Below are positions 9,558-18,954 of a stretch of 64,000 bases of DNA, one piece after another. A program made the position numbers and the translations under genes. The DNA is from Thermofilaceae archaeon (lineage in GTDB: Archaea; Thermoproteota; Thermoprotei; Thermofilales; Thermofilaceae), in the NCBI GenBank assembly GCA_038861545.1, contig JAWCCZ010000001.1:352001-416000 (forward strand), read 5' to 3'. Every line of letters begins with the position of its first letter. Position 1 is the first letter of the stretch. The notes under the pieces are model-generated. The model worked only from the letters and a program-made list of their open reading frames with translations. It was not told the origin of the DNA and did no database searches.

Positions 9558-10790
9558 GTGCTTAATCCATATGAAATTCGAAAAGATTTTCCATTACTCG
9601 AGGATCGTGGTATAATTTACCTAGATAACGCTGCTACTTCCCAGAAGCCTATTCAGGTAATAAAAGCTGTAGAAAGGTTCTACAGGGTTTACAATGCGAA
9701 CATACATAGAGGTTTACACGTATTAAGTAGAGAAGCGAGCAGGGAGTACGAGGAGGCACATGATGTGGTAGCACGTTTCATTAATGCAAAAAGTTGGAGG
9801 GAGGTTATATTTGTTAGAAATACAACTGAAGCAATAAACCTGGTAGCATATTCTTGGGCGATTGACAAGCTGAAGAGTAATGATGAAATCATAGTTACAG
9901 TGATGGAGCATCATAGTAATTTACTCCCTTGGGTAGCTGTCGCGAAAAAACTTGGTGTAAAGATCAAGATGATAGGTTTAACCAGTGATTATACGCTCGA
10001 CTATGAAACATTAAATGAGACGGTTACAGAAAGAACGCGTATAATAGCGGTCTCACATGTATCTAATGTAATCGGCACGGTAAACGATGTTAAAAACATC
10101 GCTACATTGGCACACGAAGTGGGGGCCATATGTATAGTGGACGGGGCTCAAAGCGTACCCCATATGCCTGTGAATGTAAGGGGGTTAGACTGTGACTTCT
10201 TAGCGTTTAGTGGCCATAAAATGCTTGGACCGACCGGGATAGGGGTTCTCTATGGAAAGGAGGATCTGCTCGAGGAAATGAAGCCCTTCATGTACGGTGG
10301 TGACATGGTGAAGGAAGTGAAATATTATAGCGGCGTTGTAGAACCGGTTTGGAACGATCTCCCGTGGAAGTTCGAGGCAGGGACGCCGAACATAGCTGGA
10401 GGTGTAGGGTTAGCGGAAGCTGTAAGGTACCTTGAAAAAATAGGTATGGAAAGTGTCCGAGCACATGAAGTAGAGCTTACAAATTATGCGGTGAAGAGGC
10501 TTTCTGAGATAGAGGAGTTAAAATTATTTGGACCTAGTTCCTCCGCCTACCGATGTGGTATAATTTCATTTAACTTGACCGGCTTAGATCCGCATTCACT
10601 TGCTGCGATATTAGACAACCGGAAGATAGCTGTGAGAAGCGGTTTTCATTGTGCACAACCTCTTCATGAATACCTTGGGTTGAAGGAAGGAACCGTGAGA
10701 GCCAGTTTTTACATTTACAATACAAGGGAGGAGGTGGACCTGCTCCATGAATCGCTAACTGAGGTAGCTAAAATAGTCAAAGGCGCGTAG
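9558..10790 (+). CDS. sufS: Cysteine desulfurase, SufS subfamily
   Basis: YLDNAATSQKP, RNTTEAIN, MEHHSN, DGAQS, FSGHKM (PLP Lys), RSGFHCAQP (catalytic Cys). Confidence 0.95.
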   Translation: MLNPYEIRKDFPLLEDRGIIYLDNAATSQKPIQVIKAVERFYRVYNANIHRGLHVLSREASREYEEAHDVVARFINAKSWREVIFVRNTTEAINLVAYSWAIDKLKSNDEIIVTVMEHHSNLLPWVAVAKKLGVKIKMIGLTSDYTLDYETLNETVTERTRIIAVSHVSNVIGTVNDVKNIATLAHEVGAICIVDGAQSVPHMPVNVRGLDCDFLAFSGHKMLGPTGIGVLYGKEDLLEEMKPFMYGGDMVKEVKYYSGVVEPVWNDLPWKFEAGTPNIAGGVGLAEAVRYLEKIGMESVRAHEVELTNYAVKRLSEIEELKLFGPSSSAYRCGIISFNLTGLDPHSLAAILDNRKIAVRSGFHCAQPLHEYLGLKEGTVRASFYIYNTREEVDLLHESLTEVAKIVKGA

Positions 10791-10794
10791 ATCG

Positions 10795-10861
10795 CTTTGG
10801 GGTCACTCGCGAAAAGATTCTTCACGCATCATAAAGACCGTCGCTCGATCATCCCCCAAAG
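10795..10861 (-). ncRNA. Box C/D 2'-O-methylation guide sRNA (candidate)
   Basis: Minus strand: CTTTGGGG-G-ATGATCG(C)-AGCGACGGTCTTT-ATGA(D')-TGC-GTGAAGA(C')-ATCTTTTCGCGA-GTGA(D)-CCCCAAAG; 8-bp terminal stem, 12-13 nt guides, TTAAAAAA box upstream. Confidence 0.75.
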
Positions 10862-10959
10862 TAATAAGACAAGGATTTTTTAAGTGCTCTGCTTCATGCG
10901 TATTTTCGGCGAACTGTTTAATAAGGCGTGTTAATACCGTAATATAAGGAGGCGGCCCC

Positions 10960-11625
10960 ATGTACAGCTGGGGGTTAAGGACAGCTTTAGTTAATGCAAT
11001 TGCAGGGAGAATTCGCGAGGAGTTCGCGGGCATGGGTAAAACAGAGGAGGGTTTCATGTCTAAAATCGCGCTAAGCGACTTTCTTAACTATGTGGAAGTA
11101 GATCGCGGATTTATTTATGATTACTCTCCGGATGAGAGGCTGGAGTTTTACCTTGAAAGCTTGGCTGACAGGAAGCCGACTACGATAGCTACAATGCTTG
11201 AGGAATGGTTTGTTCTTTGGATATCGAAATGGAGGCAGAGGGTAAAGTTAACTATGAAAAGCGAAGTTGGAGAAGAAGAATTAATGAAGAAAATAGAGGA
11301 GAAGACAAGGGCCTATATGGGTCTACCTCTAATCGCGGAGGCTAAATTGTTTGCGCTTGGGTCGCTCGTGAAGAGCGGCGAGGTTTGTTTTACGAATCTT
11401 CTCTCCGATAGCGTGTTAAAAGGAACGCTTTACTATATAGCCTCGCGCTCGAATAGCCTCGATGAGGTAGTTAAGGTGTTGGAAAAGAACCCAGTTCTAC
11501 TTATAAGCGAGATAGTTAAGAGGGTTAGGTCAATGTCTAGGTTTAAAGGACCTTTAGTTACACTGAAGCTTGAACAAGCTCTTTTCAGCGAGGAAGGGGC
11601 TCGTTTTATGGGGTTCAAAAGCTAG
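10960..11625 (+). CDS. Hypothetical helical protein
   Basis: 221-aa ORF with GGAGG 7 nt before the ATG and TTTAATA upstream; no recognised motif; start could be 11032 or 11056. Confidence 0.7.
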   Translation: MYSWGLRTALVNAIAGRIREEFAGMGKTEEGFMSKIALSDFLNYVEVDRGFIYDYSPDERLEFYLESLADRKPTTIATMLEEWFVLWISKWRQRVKLTMKSEVGEEELMKKIEEKTRAYMGLPLIAEAKLFALGSLVKSGEVCFTNLLSDSVLKGTLYYIASRSNSLDEVVKVLEKNPVLLISEIVKRVRSMSRFKGPLVTLKLEQALFSEEGARFMGFKS

Positions 11626-11678
11626 TACCTTGAGGGACTCAATGCTTAAATTGAACCTATTGGAGCAATTCTATAGGT

Positions 11679-12167
11679 ATGGACGAAGAAGAATATAGGG
11701 AAAAATACATTGAAGCCGAGCTAGTAGGAGTTTATAGTATTATGGTCAAGTCGGCCGGTGTTGAGTACCCATATGGAGCAGTTATGCTCTTAAAAGGTAG
11801 GGAATGGGGGAATCAAGTATTACCGATATACATAGGGAAACCGGAGGCAGAGGCTATAGCTAGAGCGTTTTACGGCACGCCAGTTCAGAGACCTTTAACG
11901 CATGACCTTATAGTTTCGATTTTAGAATCTTTAGATATTAAAGTCGAAAGAATAACCATAGACGCGTTGATAAACAACGTGTATACTGCCACTATAGTTT
12001 TACTTCAGGAAGTTAACGGAAAGCTGAAGCGTCATTATATAGATGCGAGGCCTAGTGATTCAGTGGCTATAGCAATAAGGACTGGTGCGCCTATATTCCT
12101 TAGCGAACGGCTCAAGGTTTATACAGAAAGTGAGGAAAGGTTCAGCGAGGGGACAGTCGACGTATGA
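11679..12167 (+). CDS. Bifunctional nuclease family protein (DUF151)
   Basis: LPIYIG..EA.AI, RPLTHDL, IDARPSDSVAIAIR. Confidence 0.9.
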   Translation: MDEEEYREKYIEAELVGVYSIMVKSAGVEYPYGAVMLLKGREWGNQVLPIYIGKPEAEAIARAFYGTPVQRPLTHDLIVSILESLDIKVERITIDALINNVYTATIVLLQEVNGKLKRHYIDARPSDSVAIAIRTGAPIFLSERLKVYTESEERFSEGTVDV

Positions 12168-13009
12168 ACCTAAAAGAGCTAAGTAACAAACAGCTCGTTG
12201 AGGTATACATTGCACATTTATCCGCAAGGAATAGATCGCCTCGAACAATTAAAACTTTCAAAAGCTTGTTGAATATGTTCATTGAACACCTAGCCGGTAA
12301 ACATGTAAGTGGCACAACTACATGGGATGTAGACTTGTTTTTAGCTAAGCTGAAGGAAAAAGGGTATACTGAGAGGAGCATTTATACTGCCGCGGTAGCA
12401 GTTAAACGCTTTATAGAGTATTTAGGGCTTCGCGAGAATCTTAAAGGATTCGAGTTACCTAAAAGACCCTCCGAGCTGCCTCGCTACTTAACGCCAGGAG
12501 AGGTTGAAGCAATGATTAACGCGGCAAAAAATGCCCGAGATAAGCTGGTCGTATCGCTTCTGTATAGCACCGGTATGCGCGTTAGCGAATTAGTGAATGT
12601 CAAAGTATCAGACATTAATTTAGAGGAAGGAAGTATAAGGGTAAAAGGCAAAGGTAATAAAGAGCGTGTAGTATTTTTCGATAATAGAACCCGACGTCTT
12701 TTACTGGAATACTTATCTTCAGCTGAACCGGATAGCTACTTGCTTCCAGGCAGGCAAGAGGGTCATATGCATTACGTCACTGTGGAGCGTATAGTCAAGT
12801 CCTTAGCGGATGTGGCTGGGTTAAAAAAGAAAGTTACGCCTCATATTCTTAGACATAGTTTTGCTACTTTCTCCCTTTCCCGAGGTATGGACGTAAGAGA
12901 AATACAGGAGCTCTTAGGTCATGCTAGCCTTAGAACTACGCAAGTTTACACTCACATAGCTAAGGGCAGGCTACTAGAGGATTACCGGCGAGCTTGGACT
13001 CAAACGTAG
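12164..13009 (+). CDS. xerA: Tyrosine recombinase XerA
   Basis: Complete catalytic set: TGMRVSE, VKGKGNKER, TPHILRHSFAT, LLGH, TQVYTH; 281 aa, XerC/D-like. Confidence 0.88.
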   Translation: MNLKELSNKQLVEVYIAHLSARNRSPRTIKTFKSLLNMFIEHLAGKHVSGTTTWDVDLFLAKLKEKGYTERSIYTAAVAVKRFIEYLGLRENLKGFELPKRPSELPRYLTPGEVEAMINAAKNARDKLVVSLLYSTGMRVSELVNVKVSDINLEEGSIRVKGKGNKERVVFFDNRTRRLLLEYLSSAEPDSYLLPGRQEGHMHYVTVERIVKSLADVAGLKKKVTPHILRHSFATFSLSRGMDVREIQELLGHASLRTTQVYTHIAKGRLLEDYRRAWTQT

Positions 13010-13581
13010 CATCCACTCGGCGGAACACTTAATTCTTTCTTAAGTTTCTCAATTAGCTCGCAGCTATTTAAAAGCTCGGCACCAAGGAAGGATCTCATGT
13101 ATTCAAGTCCCCTTTCATGCCAATCTCTGCTAGCTGCTGCTACACAATCAACCGGTACGATTACGTCGTAACCTCTATAGAAGGCGCTTACAGCAGTTTG
13201 CTGAACGCAAATATGAGTGTGGATACCGGTTATTATTATGTTTTTTACTTTTAACTCTCTAAGTAATATATCTAGGTCTGTTCCGAAAAACGCGTCGTAC
13301 CGTCTCTTATATACAATATAGTCACTGTTAAACGGCTCTAACTCCCTTATCACTTTTGACTTGGGACTGCCCTTGAGAGCATGGGGACCCCATAATTCAA
13401 GCTCCTTATCTATTCCCTGATAATGTCTGTCAACAGCATATATAACCGGAATACCTCGGCTTCGAGAGAAGTCAGCCAGTTTCCTAATGTTTGGAACTAT
13501 TGCTTCAGCGGCTTCAGCTCGCAGCCTTCCTCTGACAAACTCCTCTAACATATCTATTATCAGGAGAGCGTAATTCGTCAC
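13000..13581 (-). CDS. Isochorismatase-family cysteine hydrolase (nicotinamidase-like)
   Basis: IIDMLEEF, KRRYDAF, GIHTHICV (D-K-C triad). Confidence 0.88.
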   Translation of the reverse strand: MTNYALLIIDMLEEFVRGRLRAEAAEAIVPNIRKLADFSRSRGIPVIYAVDRHYQGIDKELELWGPHALKGSPKSKVIRELEPFNSDYIVYKRRYDAFFGTDLDILLRELKVKNIIITGIHTHICVQQTAVSAFYRGYDVIVPVDCVAAASRDWHERGLEYMRSFLGAELLNSCELIEKLKKELSVPPSGCYV

Positions 13582-13768
13582 ACGTTTAGAAGTGATCTTT
13601 AAGCTATAAAAGTTTCCTATTGGAAAAAGTTTTCAAAGCTGAACAACGAGTGTACTACTACTTCTGCAACGACTTTATGTATTTCAGCAGAACTCCCAGT
13701 CAGTAGAACCTTAACGGATCGAAGTTGGTGAGGTAGGCTTTTTATTTCGAATACTAGCTATAATCTAC

Positions 13769-14320
13769 GTGTCCAAGCTCTGCATGCTATTGGCAGTATT
13801 GTCGGCTGTATTTCCACTAGCATTTATAGCATTAGCCGTCACTCTCTCGGGCTGGTTCAATATATACAACAACGCGCTAAGCGATTTGGGGCATTCAACC
13901 AGGAGTAATGTTGCCTCTATTTTCAACTTCGGCTTAAGCGTTGGCGGCTTTATGGTAGCTACTGTAGGTGAAATATGTGCACTAAAGGGCTCGAAACCTA
14001 TTGGCGTAACTCTCTTGTTTACTGGCTTTTGTCTTGTGCTGATAGCCGTTTTCGATGAAGTCTACGGGAGACTACACTTTTACGTGTCAGTGGCTTTTTT
14101 CCTCTCTATCGCTATTTTACTTTTAGAATATACTATAGTTCAGAGAAGCTTAACCCGGAGGTTGTTAAGTTTGTCAGCTCTTATTATTGCCGTGCTTTCT
14201 TGGGTATCTCATCTTATATACGGGATTCCGAGAGGGGCAGCGATACCTGAGCTAGTCTCAATAGTAGCTTCACTCCCGTTTTACTTTGACTATATAAGGT
14301 GTAGCGATACTAGCAGGTAA
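13769..14320 (+). CDS. DUF998-like membrane protein
   Basis: WF..YNNALSDLG, IFNFGL, LHFYVS..FF, AIPE; about 6 TMs. Confidence 0.75.
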   Translation: MSKLCMLLAVLSAVFPLAFIALAVTLSGWFNIYNNALSDLGHSTRSNVASIFNFGLSVGGFMVATVGEICALKGSKPIGVTLLFTGFCLVLIAVFDEVYGRLHFYVSVAFFLSIAILLLEYTIVQRSLTRRLLSLSALIIAVLSWVSHLIYGIPRGAAIPELVSIVASLPFYFDYIRCSDTSR

Positions 14321-14525
14321 TGAAGAAAATATTTCTTTTTTAACAACTAAATACATCCTTAATTTCATAAACTCCCTCAGCCGAAGGATAAATCCTGTTT
14401 ACCCTTTGGAATTCCTTTAGATTATGCTCTGCTAAAACAGTAATCCTTAGAACCATTAAGCAAAGGTTTTTCAATCAACTCTAGAGTCGAGTTTAAGTTA
14501 AAGGTTAACATGCATAGTTATATGC

Positions 14526-15209
14526 GTGGGCATACTAATAGAACGCAAGGATCTCAGGGATAAATTCCTAATTTTTGAAGAGAGGAGGGAGGCAGGTAAA
14601 ATTCTAGCCGAGTATATTAAGGACGAAGGACTAATTTTCGATACGATTTTAACTATTCCTAATGGTGGCGTAGCGGTAGGCTATAAGGTTTCTATCGAAC
14701 TGGGGATTCCTCTTTTCCTCGCGGTGGTGAGGAAAGTCACGTATCCTTGGACCACCGAGGCAGGCTTCGGCGCCATCTCATGGCTTGAAGATGTAGTAGT
14801 AGATGAAAGAAATAAAGCGGCTTTCAATGAGAGGGAATATTTGCGGTGTCTTGAAAAAGCTAAGGAAAGTGTGCAAAAAAGAGCAGAGTTGTTTAAAGCT
14901 TTTCTTCCTAAAACCCTTAACGGCTTGAAAGTTTCCATTATCGACGATGGCTTGGCCACTGGTTATACAATGGTCGCTGCTGTTAAAGCTGCTAGAAAGC
15001 TGGGTGCTAGAGAGGTTACCGCAACTGTTCCTACTTCATCGATTTCTGCAGCTTACTTCGTGCTCGAATATGTAGACTCTCTAGTAGTCCTGAATATCAG
15101 GACTTGGCTACCTTATTCTGTTGCGGATGCATACAGGAACTGGGTCGATATAACTGAAAGCGAAGTTCTAACCATGCTTAATTGCCTAAGAGAAAAGGGC
15201 CTTGCATGA
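14526..15209 (+). CDS. Phosphoribosyltransferase family protein
   Basis: F..R..AG..LA, IPNGGVAVG, EAGFGAI, IIDDGLATGYTM. Confidence 0.85.
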   Translation: MGILIERKDLRDKFLIFEERREAGKILAEYIKDEGLIFDTILTIPNGGVAVGYKVSIELGIPLFLAVVRKVTYPWTTEAGFGAISWLEDVVVDERNKAAFNEREYLRCLEKAKESVQKRAELFKAFLPKTLNGLKVSIIDDGLATGYTMVAAVKAARKLGAREVTATVPTSSISAAYFVLEYVDSLVVLNIRTWLPYSVADAYRNWVDITESEVLTMLNCLREKGLA

Positions 15210-15285
15210 AAAGAATTACGTAGCTACAGTTCCTTGATCTGGACTTAAGGTTCACTCGGCTTTTAAACTCTGGAAATAAATCAGA

Positions 15286-15807
15286 GTGGTGGCTAAAGTG
15301 AAGAGCATAATAATACTAGGGGTCACCACCCTTGTAGCGGTTTTAATTGGGCTAACTTTAGTGGAATTGTTACCGTTAAGCGAAGCTGGTTTAATTAAAT
15401 CATCAGGTGTAAAGCTGACTCTACCTGCTTCAGAGGATGAACCGCATATCCTACAATACTTTAACTATACTTGGAGATGGGGGTTCGGAAAAGGTTTTGC
15501 GCGAGGTTTTAGCAAAGGATTAGTTCGAATCGAAGTTAGTGATGAATTCAAATCAAATGTGGTTAAAATTATTCAAAACGACTTTGATGTTGCAAAAATG
15601 CTAGAAGAAGGTTATAATGTCACCTGTATCGAACCGATTTTAGTGGCTACGGTTACAAGTAATGGAGAGGTATCATGGAAAGCAACAAAGGCTATCGTAA
15701 CTCTAGTTAAAGATAGGGTTAGTTTTGCTGAGGTAATCGTGAATATCGAACAGGGTAAGGTAACAAAAATTGTAACAATAACTCGAAACGTAATTAAGAA
15801 GGACTAG
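15286..15807 (+). CDS. Hypothetical membrane-anchored/secreted protein
   Basis: N-terminal TM, GFGKGFARGFSKG low-complexity linker, beta-rich C-terminus; TTTTAAA box upstream. Confidence 0.7.
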   Translation: MVAKVKSIIILGVTTLVAVLIGLTLVELLPLSEAGLIKSSGVKLTLPASEDEPHILQYFNYTWRWGFGKGFARGFSKGLVRIEVSDEFKSNVVKIIQNDFDVAKMLEEGYNVTCIEPILVATVTSNGEVSWKATKAIVTLVKDRVSFAEVIVNIEQGKVTKIVTITRNVIKKD

Positions 15808-15920
15808 ATAATATCTTATTTTTTCTATTGTTTTTAGATTCAACTTTATCGGGAAATTCTCTTCCTTAGAGAATAAACCAGTAGCGTAGTCATTTTATAC
15901 TATTACTAATAATACCTCTG

Positions 15921-17165
15921 ATGAGTAAAGTAGCAGAGTACGCCTATGAAATAGCAGTTAAGCTGGCTTCTCAATCTAGGTTTGCAGGAAGCGAGGGGGA
16001 AAGTATAGCAAGGGAAATCGTTTATCGTGAACTGGAAAGCTTCGGTTACGAGGTTAAGCTTGAAGCTTTCTTAACTAAAGTCTATGAGGTGAAAAAAGCT
16101 GAGCTTAGAGTAATTTCGCCCGAAAGTTATGCCATCGAGTGCTCAGCTATCGGTTTTAGTGGGGAAACAGCTGAGGAGGGAGTTGAAGGTGAAATTGTAT
16201 ATATTGAGAGCGGCGATACGGCGCTCCTACCGGAAAATATAGGTTGGATAGGCCTCGCCAGCTCTAGGCCAAATAAAGATGCATGGAAGAAGCTGGTGGG
16301 CAAAGCCTCTGGGCTAATTGTCGCAGAAAATTCACCTTTCCGTGATCTGAGCAGAGTCGACATCCCTTACGAGTGGAGGGAAAGGTTCGGCAATTTACCT
16401 GCAGTCTATGTCCGTTACAGTGATGCTGTTAAACTTTTTTCCGCTAAACGTGTAATGTTAACGCTGCTCCAGGAGTACAGAGATGCGCAATTGTTTAACG
16501 TAGTGGCTGAGCTTAAAGGGACTAAGTATCCGAGTGAGGTGGTTTACGTGGTAGCGCACCTGGACAGCGAATACGGCGTTCCAGGCGCAACGGATAACGC
16601 AGCCGGCGTAGCGCTTGCATTGGCTGTTGCCCGAGAGTTGAGTAAAGAGAAACCCAAGCGGACTGTAAGGTTTGTCTTATTCAGCGGCGAGGAACTGGGG
16701 CTTCGCGGCTCTTTAGCATACGTTGAAGCACATAAAGGCGAGCTTGAGAAAACAGTGCTTGTAGTGAATCTGGACGTGCACGGCGCGGCACTGGGGACTA
16801 CTAGCGCGGTTATTACAGGGTCAAAGAGTTTACGCTACGCGTTTGAGTACGTTGCGAAAAAGCTTGGAATTAACATCAATGTAAGCGAGGACGTTATGTC
16901 AAGTGACAGCGCGAGTTTCGCCCGCCGAGGAGTGCCATCGATAAGTATTTTCCGCTCAAGCGGAACTGGGCATTTAATACATACGGTACAGGATTCCATC
17001 AGTCTCTTACACCCGAAAGGGTTTGGCTTAGTTTCTCTTTTAGCATTTGAGTTCATAAGAGAAGTAACTAACTCTGAAGAGGTGCCGTTCGAGAAAGAAA
17101 TTCCAGAAGATGTTAGAAGAAAAGTGGATGATTACTTTAGAAAAAGGCTTGGAATCTATGAGTAG
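15921..17165 (+). CDS. M28 family aminopeptidase with PA-like insertion
   Basis: Intact metal ligands: VAHLDS, GATDNAAG, SGEELGLRGS, NLDVHG, IHTVQD. Confidence 0.9.
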   Translation: MSKVAEYAYEIAVKLASQSRFAGSEGESIAREIVYRELESFGYEVKLEAFLTKVYEVKKAELRVISPESYAIECSAIGFSGETAEEGVEGEIVYIESGDTALLPENIGWIGLASSRPNKDAWKKLVGKASGLIVAENSPFRDLSRVDIPYEWRERFGNLPAVYVRYSDAVKLFSAKRVMLTLLQEYRDAQLFNVVAELKGTKYPSEVVYVVAHLDSEYGVPGATDNAAGVALALAVARELSKEKPKRTVRFVLFSGEELGLRGSLAYVEAHKGELEKTVLVVNLDVHGAALGTTSAVITGSKSLRYAFEYVAKKLGININVSEDVMSSDSASFARRGVPSISIFRSSGTGHLIHTVQDSISLLHPKGFGLVSLLAFEFIREVTNSEEVPFEKEIPEDVRRKVDDYFRKRLGIYE

Positions 17166-17265
17166 CCGTTAAATCATATTATGTATTTGAAGCTGAGAAT
17201 TTTTAAGCAAGCTGACCTTTACGAATACATTTATACCTTTCTTAAAAAATCAGAGATGAAGAAGT

Positions 17266-18237
17266 TCATGAATGTTTTCTGGATCTCAGAAGGAAGAACA
17301 ACAGCGCTAAAGCGCCTACTATAGCTACTGCTATATAAGCTATTAACATAAGCGGTGGACCCTGAGCACGCCTAAGTTCGGCAGCCTCCTCGATGTGCAT
17401 ATCCTTAATCAATTGTTCTTTTATTAACCCAACGTCGTAACCGGATGCTAAACGCTTCGCTGTTTCCGTCACTTTCAGGGTCGCCGCCTCTTGTTCTTCA
17501 GGAGTAGTGTAGGGTTGTATATAAGCAAGGATTCTCAGCATTTGCCCTTCACTCATCGTAAAATCAAAAAACAACCAACTTCTAAGAGCGTACACTGAAC
17601 CACCCCATTCTCTTTCGTCTTCAATTTGTGCATCCATTCCAGTCGGCCATGCGTCACCGAAAACCGCTAAAACAACACCCGTTTTCTCATCGAACGGAAC
17701 GATCCAACCTATCGTTCCTGGCTGTAAGATTATCACCCATTCTCCTGGAACGCGTTCTTCCCTTAACCGTACGTTCACAGAGCTTCCGTTAGCGAATAGC
17801 ATTGTCACGTTCATACCCTTAAAGAGACCTACAGGGATATCGTAGTCCCAAGCCATGCCTGAGAAACTGCTTTCTTGGGTTGCCGTGATGTTTAGCTCGA
17901 TCAAAACGGCGTTTAAGCCTATCCACGCTCTCTCCCACCATGAAGCTTTTGCGAATCCGCACTGAAACGCGCCATTGAATTCGCCTTCTACGTCACCCAA
18001 CCTGTACTGCAAGGCAGCCCAGTTGTTTTGATAACTGCACGCGTCTTCCCAATCCCAGGTTGGACCCCAAGTATTGAATCCTCCCGTGACAAGCACCATG
18101 TTCTCGTAACTAACGGTAACAATCCCTTTATTATTGAAGTTCAACTCGATGCTCCCATACTTATATTGTGCTAGAACTAAACACGCAGAAATCATGAGCA
18201 AGGTGAATGTCAATCCAGCGATCTTCGCTTTCAACAT
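17266..18237 (-). CDS. Trp-rich surface protein with signal peptide and C-terminal TM anchor (paralog of 59738-60706)
   Basis: Signal peptide, C-terminal TM + RSRKH tail; shared motifs WGPxWxW, SSFSG.xW, VRLREE.VPGE, DAWP.GM, DEREWGGSVY. Confidence 0.8.
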   Translation of the reverse strand: MLKAKIAGLTFTLLMISACLVLAQYKYGSIELNFNNKGIVTVSYENMVLVTGGFNTWGPTWDWEDACSYQNNWAALQYRLGDVEGEFNGAFQCGFAKASWWERAWIGLNAVLIELNITATQESSFSGMAWDYDIPVGLFKGMNVTMLFANGSSVNVRLREERVPGEWVIILQPGTIGWIVPFDEKTGVVLAVFGDAWPTGMDAQIEDEREWGGSVYALRSWLFFDFTMSEGQMLRILAYIQPYTTPEEQEAATLKVTETAKRLASGYDVGLIKEQLIKDMHIEEAAELRRAQGPPLMLIAYIAVAIVGALALLFFLLRSRKHS

Positions 18238-18305
18238 ATTGTATTAAAACGGAAGTTCGAGATAAAAAAGCTTTACATAACTCGATACCGTATCTTGTTA
18301 CACAT

Positions 18306-18863
18306 ATGTTCAACGTAGGCTTCAATGATTCGCGAAGCCTTAAGGTGGCTCTCGTTGCTCATTGCATACTGAATCAGAATACTGTTGCTCGCGGCTTAGC
18401 TATAGCACCCGGCTTACTTAGCAGCGTGGTTCGCGTACTAGAATCCCTTAATTATGGAGTAGTTCAGTTACCGTGCCCTGAAACACTTTATTCAGGGTTA
18501 CTTAGATGGTGGCAGACAAAAGAGCAGTATGAAAGCATAGGTTATAGGCTCCATTGTCGGAAATTAGCGCGGAACGTTACTGTACTATCTGGAGAGCTAA
18601 CTCGTTGTGGAGTAAGGATTGAAGCGGTAATCGGCTTACGGGGAAGCCCGTCCTGCGCAGTAAGTGAGGTCTCAGTCGGATGGCACGGCGGCGATCCCCT
18701 TAAAGCTGAACCAAGGAATAGGGTCTCCGGTATGGGTATTTTCATGTACGAACTTAAGCGAAGGCTTGAAAAAATTGGCGTTAAACCAATTTTCATAGAT
18801 ATTGAACGAAAGACGTTAGATAGGTCTGTAAGTGAAATGATCAAAGCCCTAACCCAGTCATAA
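18306..18863 (+). CDS. DUF523/TudS-related putative Fe-S desulfidase
   Basis: VAHCILNQN, QLPCPE, GSPSCA cysteine motifs; ATG 18306 preferred to 18207 because a TATA-like box lies at ~18272. Confidence 0.75.
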   Translation: MFNVGFNDSRSLKVALVAHCILNQNTVARGLAIAPGLLSSVVRVLESLNYGVVQLPCPETLYSGLLRWWQTKEQYESIGYRLHCRKLARNVTVLSGELTRCGVRIEAVIGLRGSPSCAVSEVSVGWHGGDPLKAEPRNRVSGMGIFMYELKRRLEKIGVKPIFIDIERKTLDRSVSEMIKALTQS

Positions 18864-18954
18864 ACCTTACAGAATAACATAAACACTATTTTTCTCTTAG
18901 CACACTACTGGAAAAAATAGGCTATTTATGTTTTACACGTAAATCCACTAAAGA

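Noticed and set aside
10803-11057. 84-aa minus-strand ORF
   Set aside because: It overlaps the plus-strand gene and runs through the C/D sRNA candidate; no protein-like features
12164-13009. Tyrosine recombinase as the integrase of a provirus or island
   Set aside because: XerA-like size and motifs, housekeeping neighbours, and no tRNA, att repeats or viral/plasmid genes seen
18207-18305. Longer N-terminus for the DUF523/TudS-like gene
   Set aside because: It overlaps the divergent gene start; the TATA position supports ATG 18306
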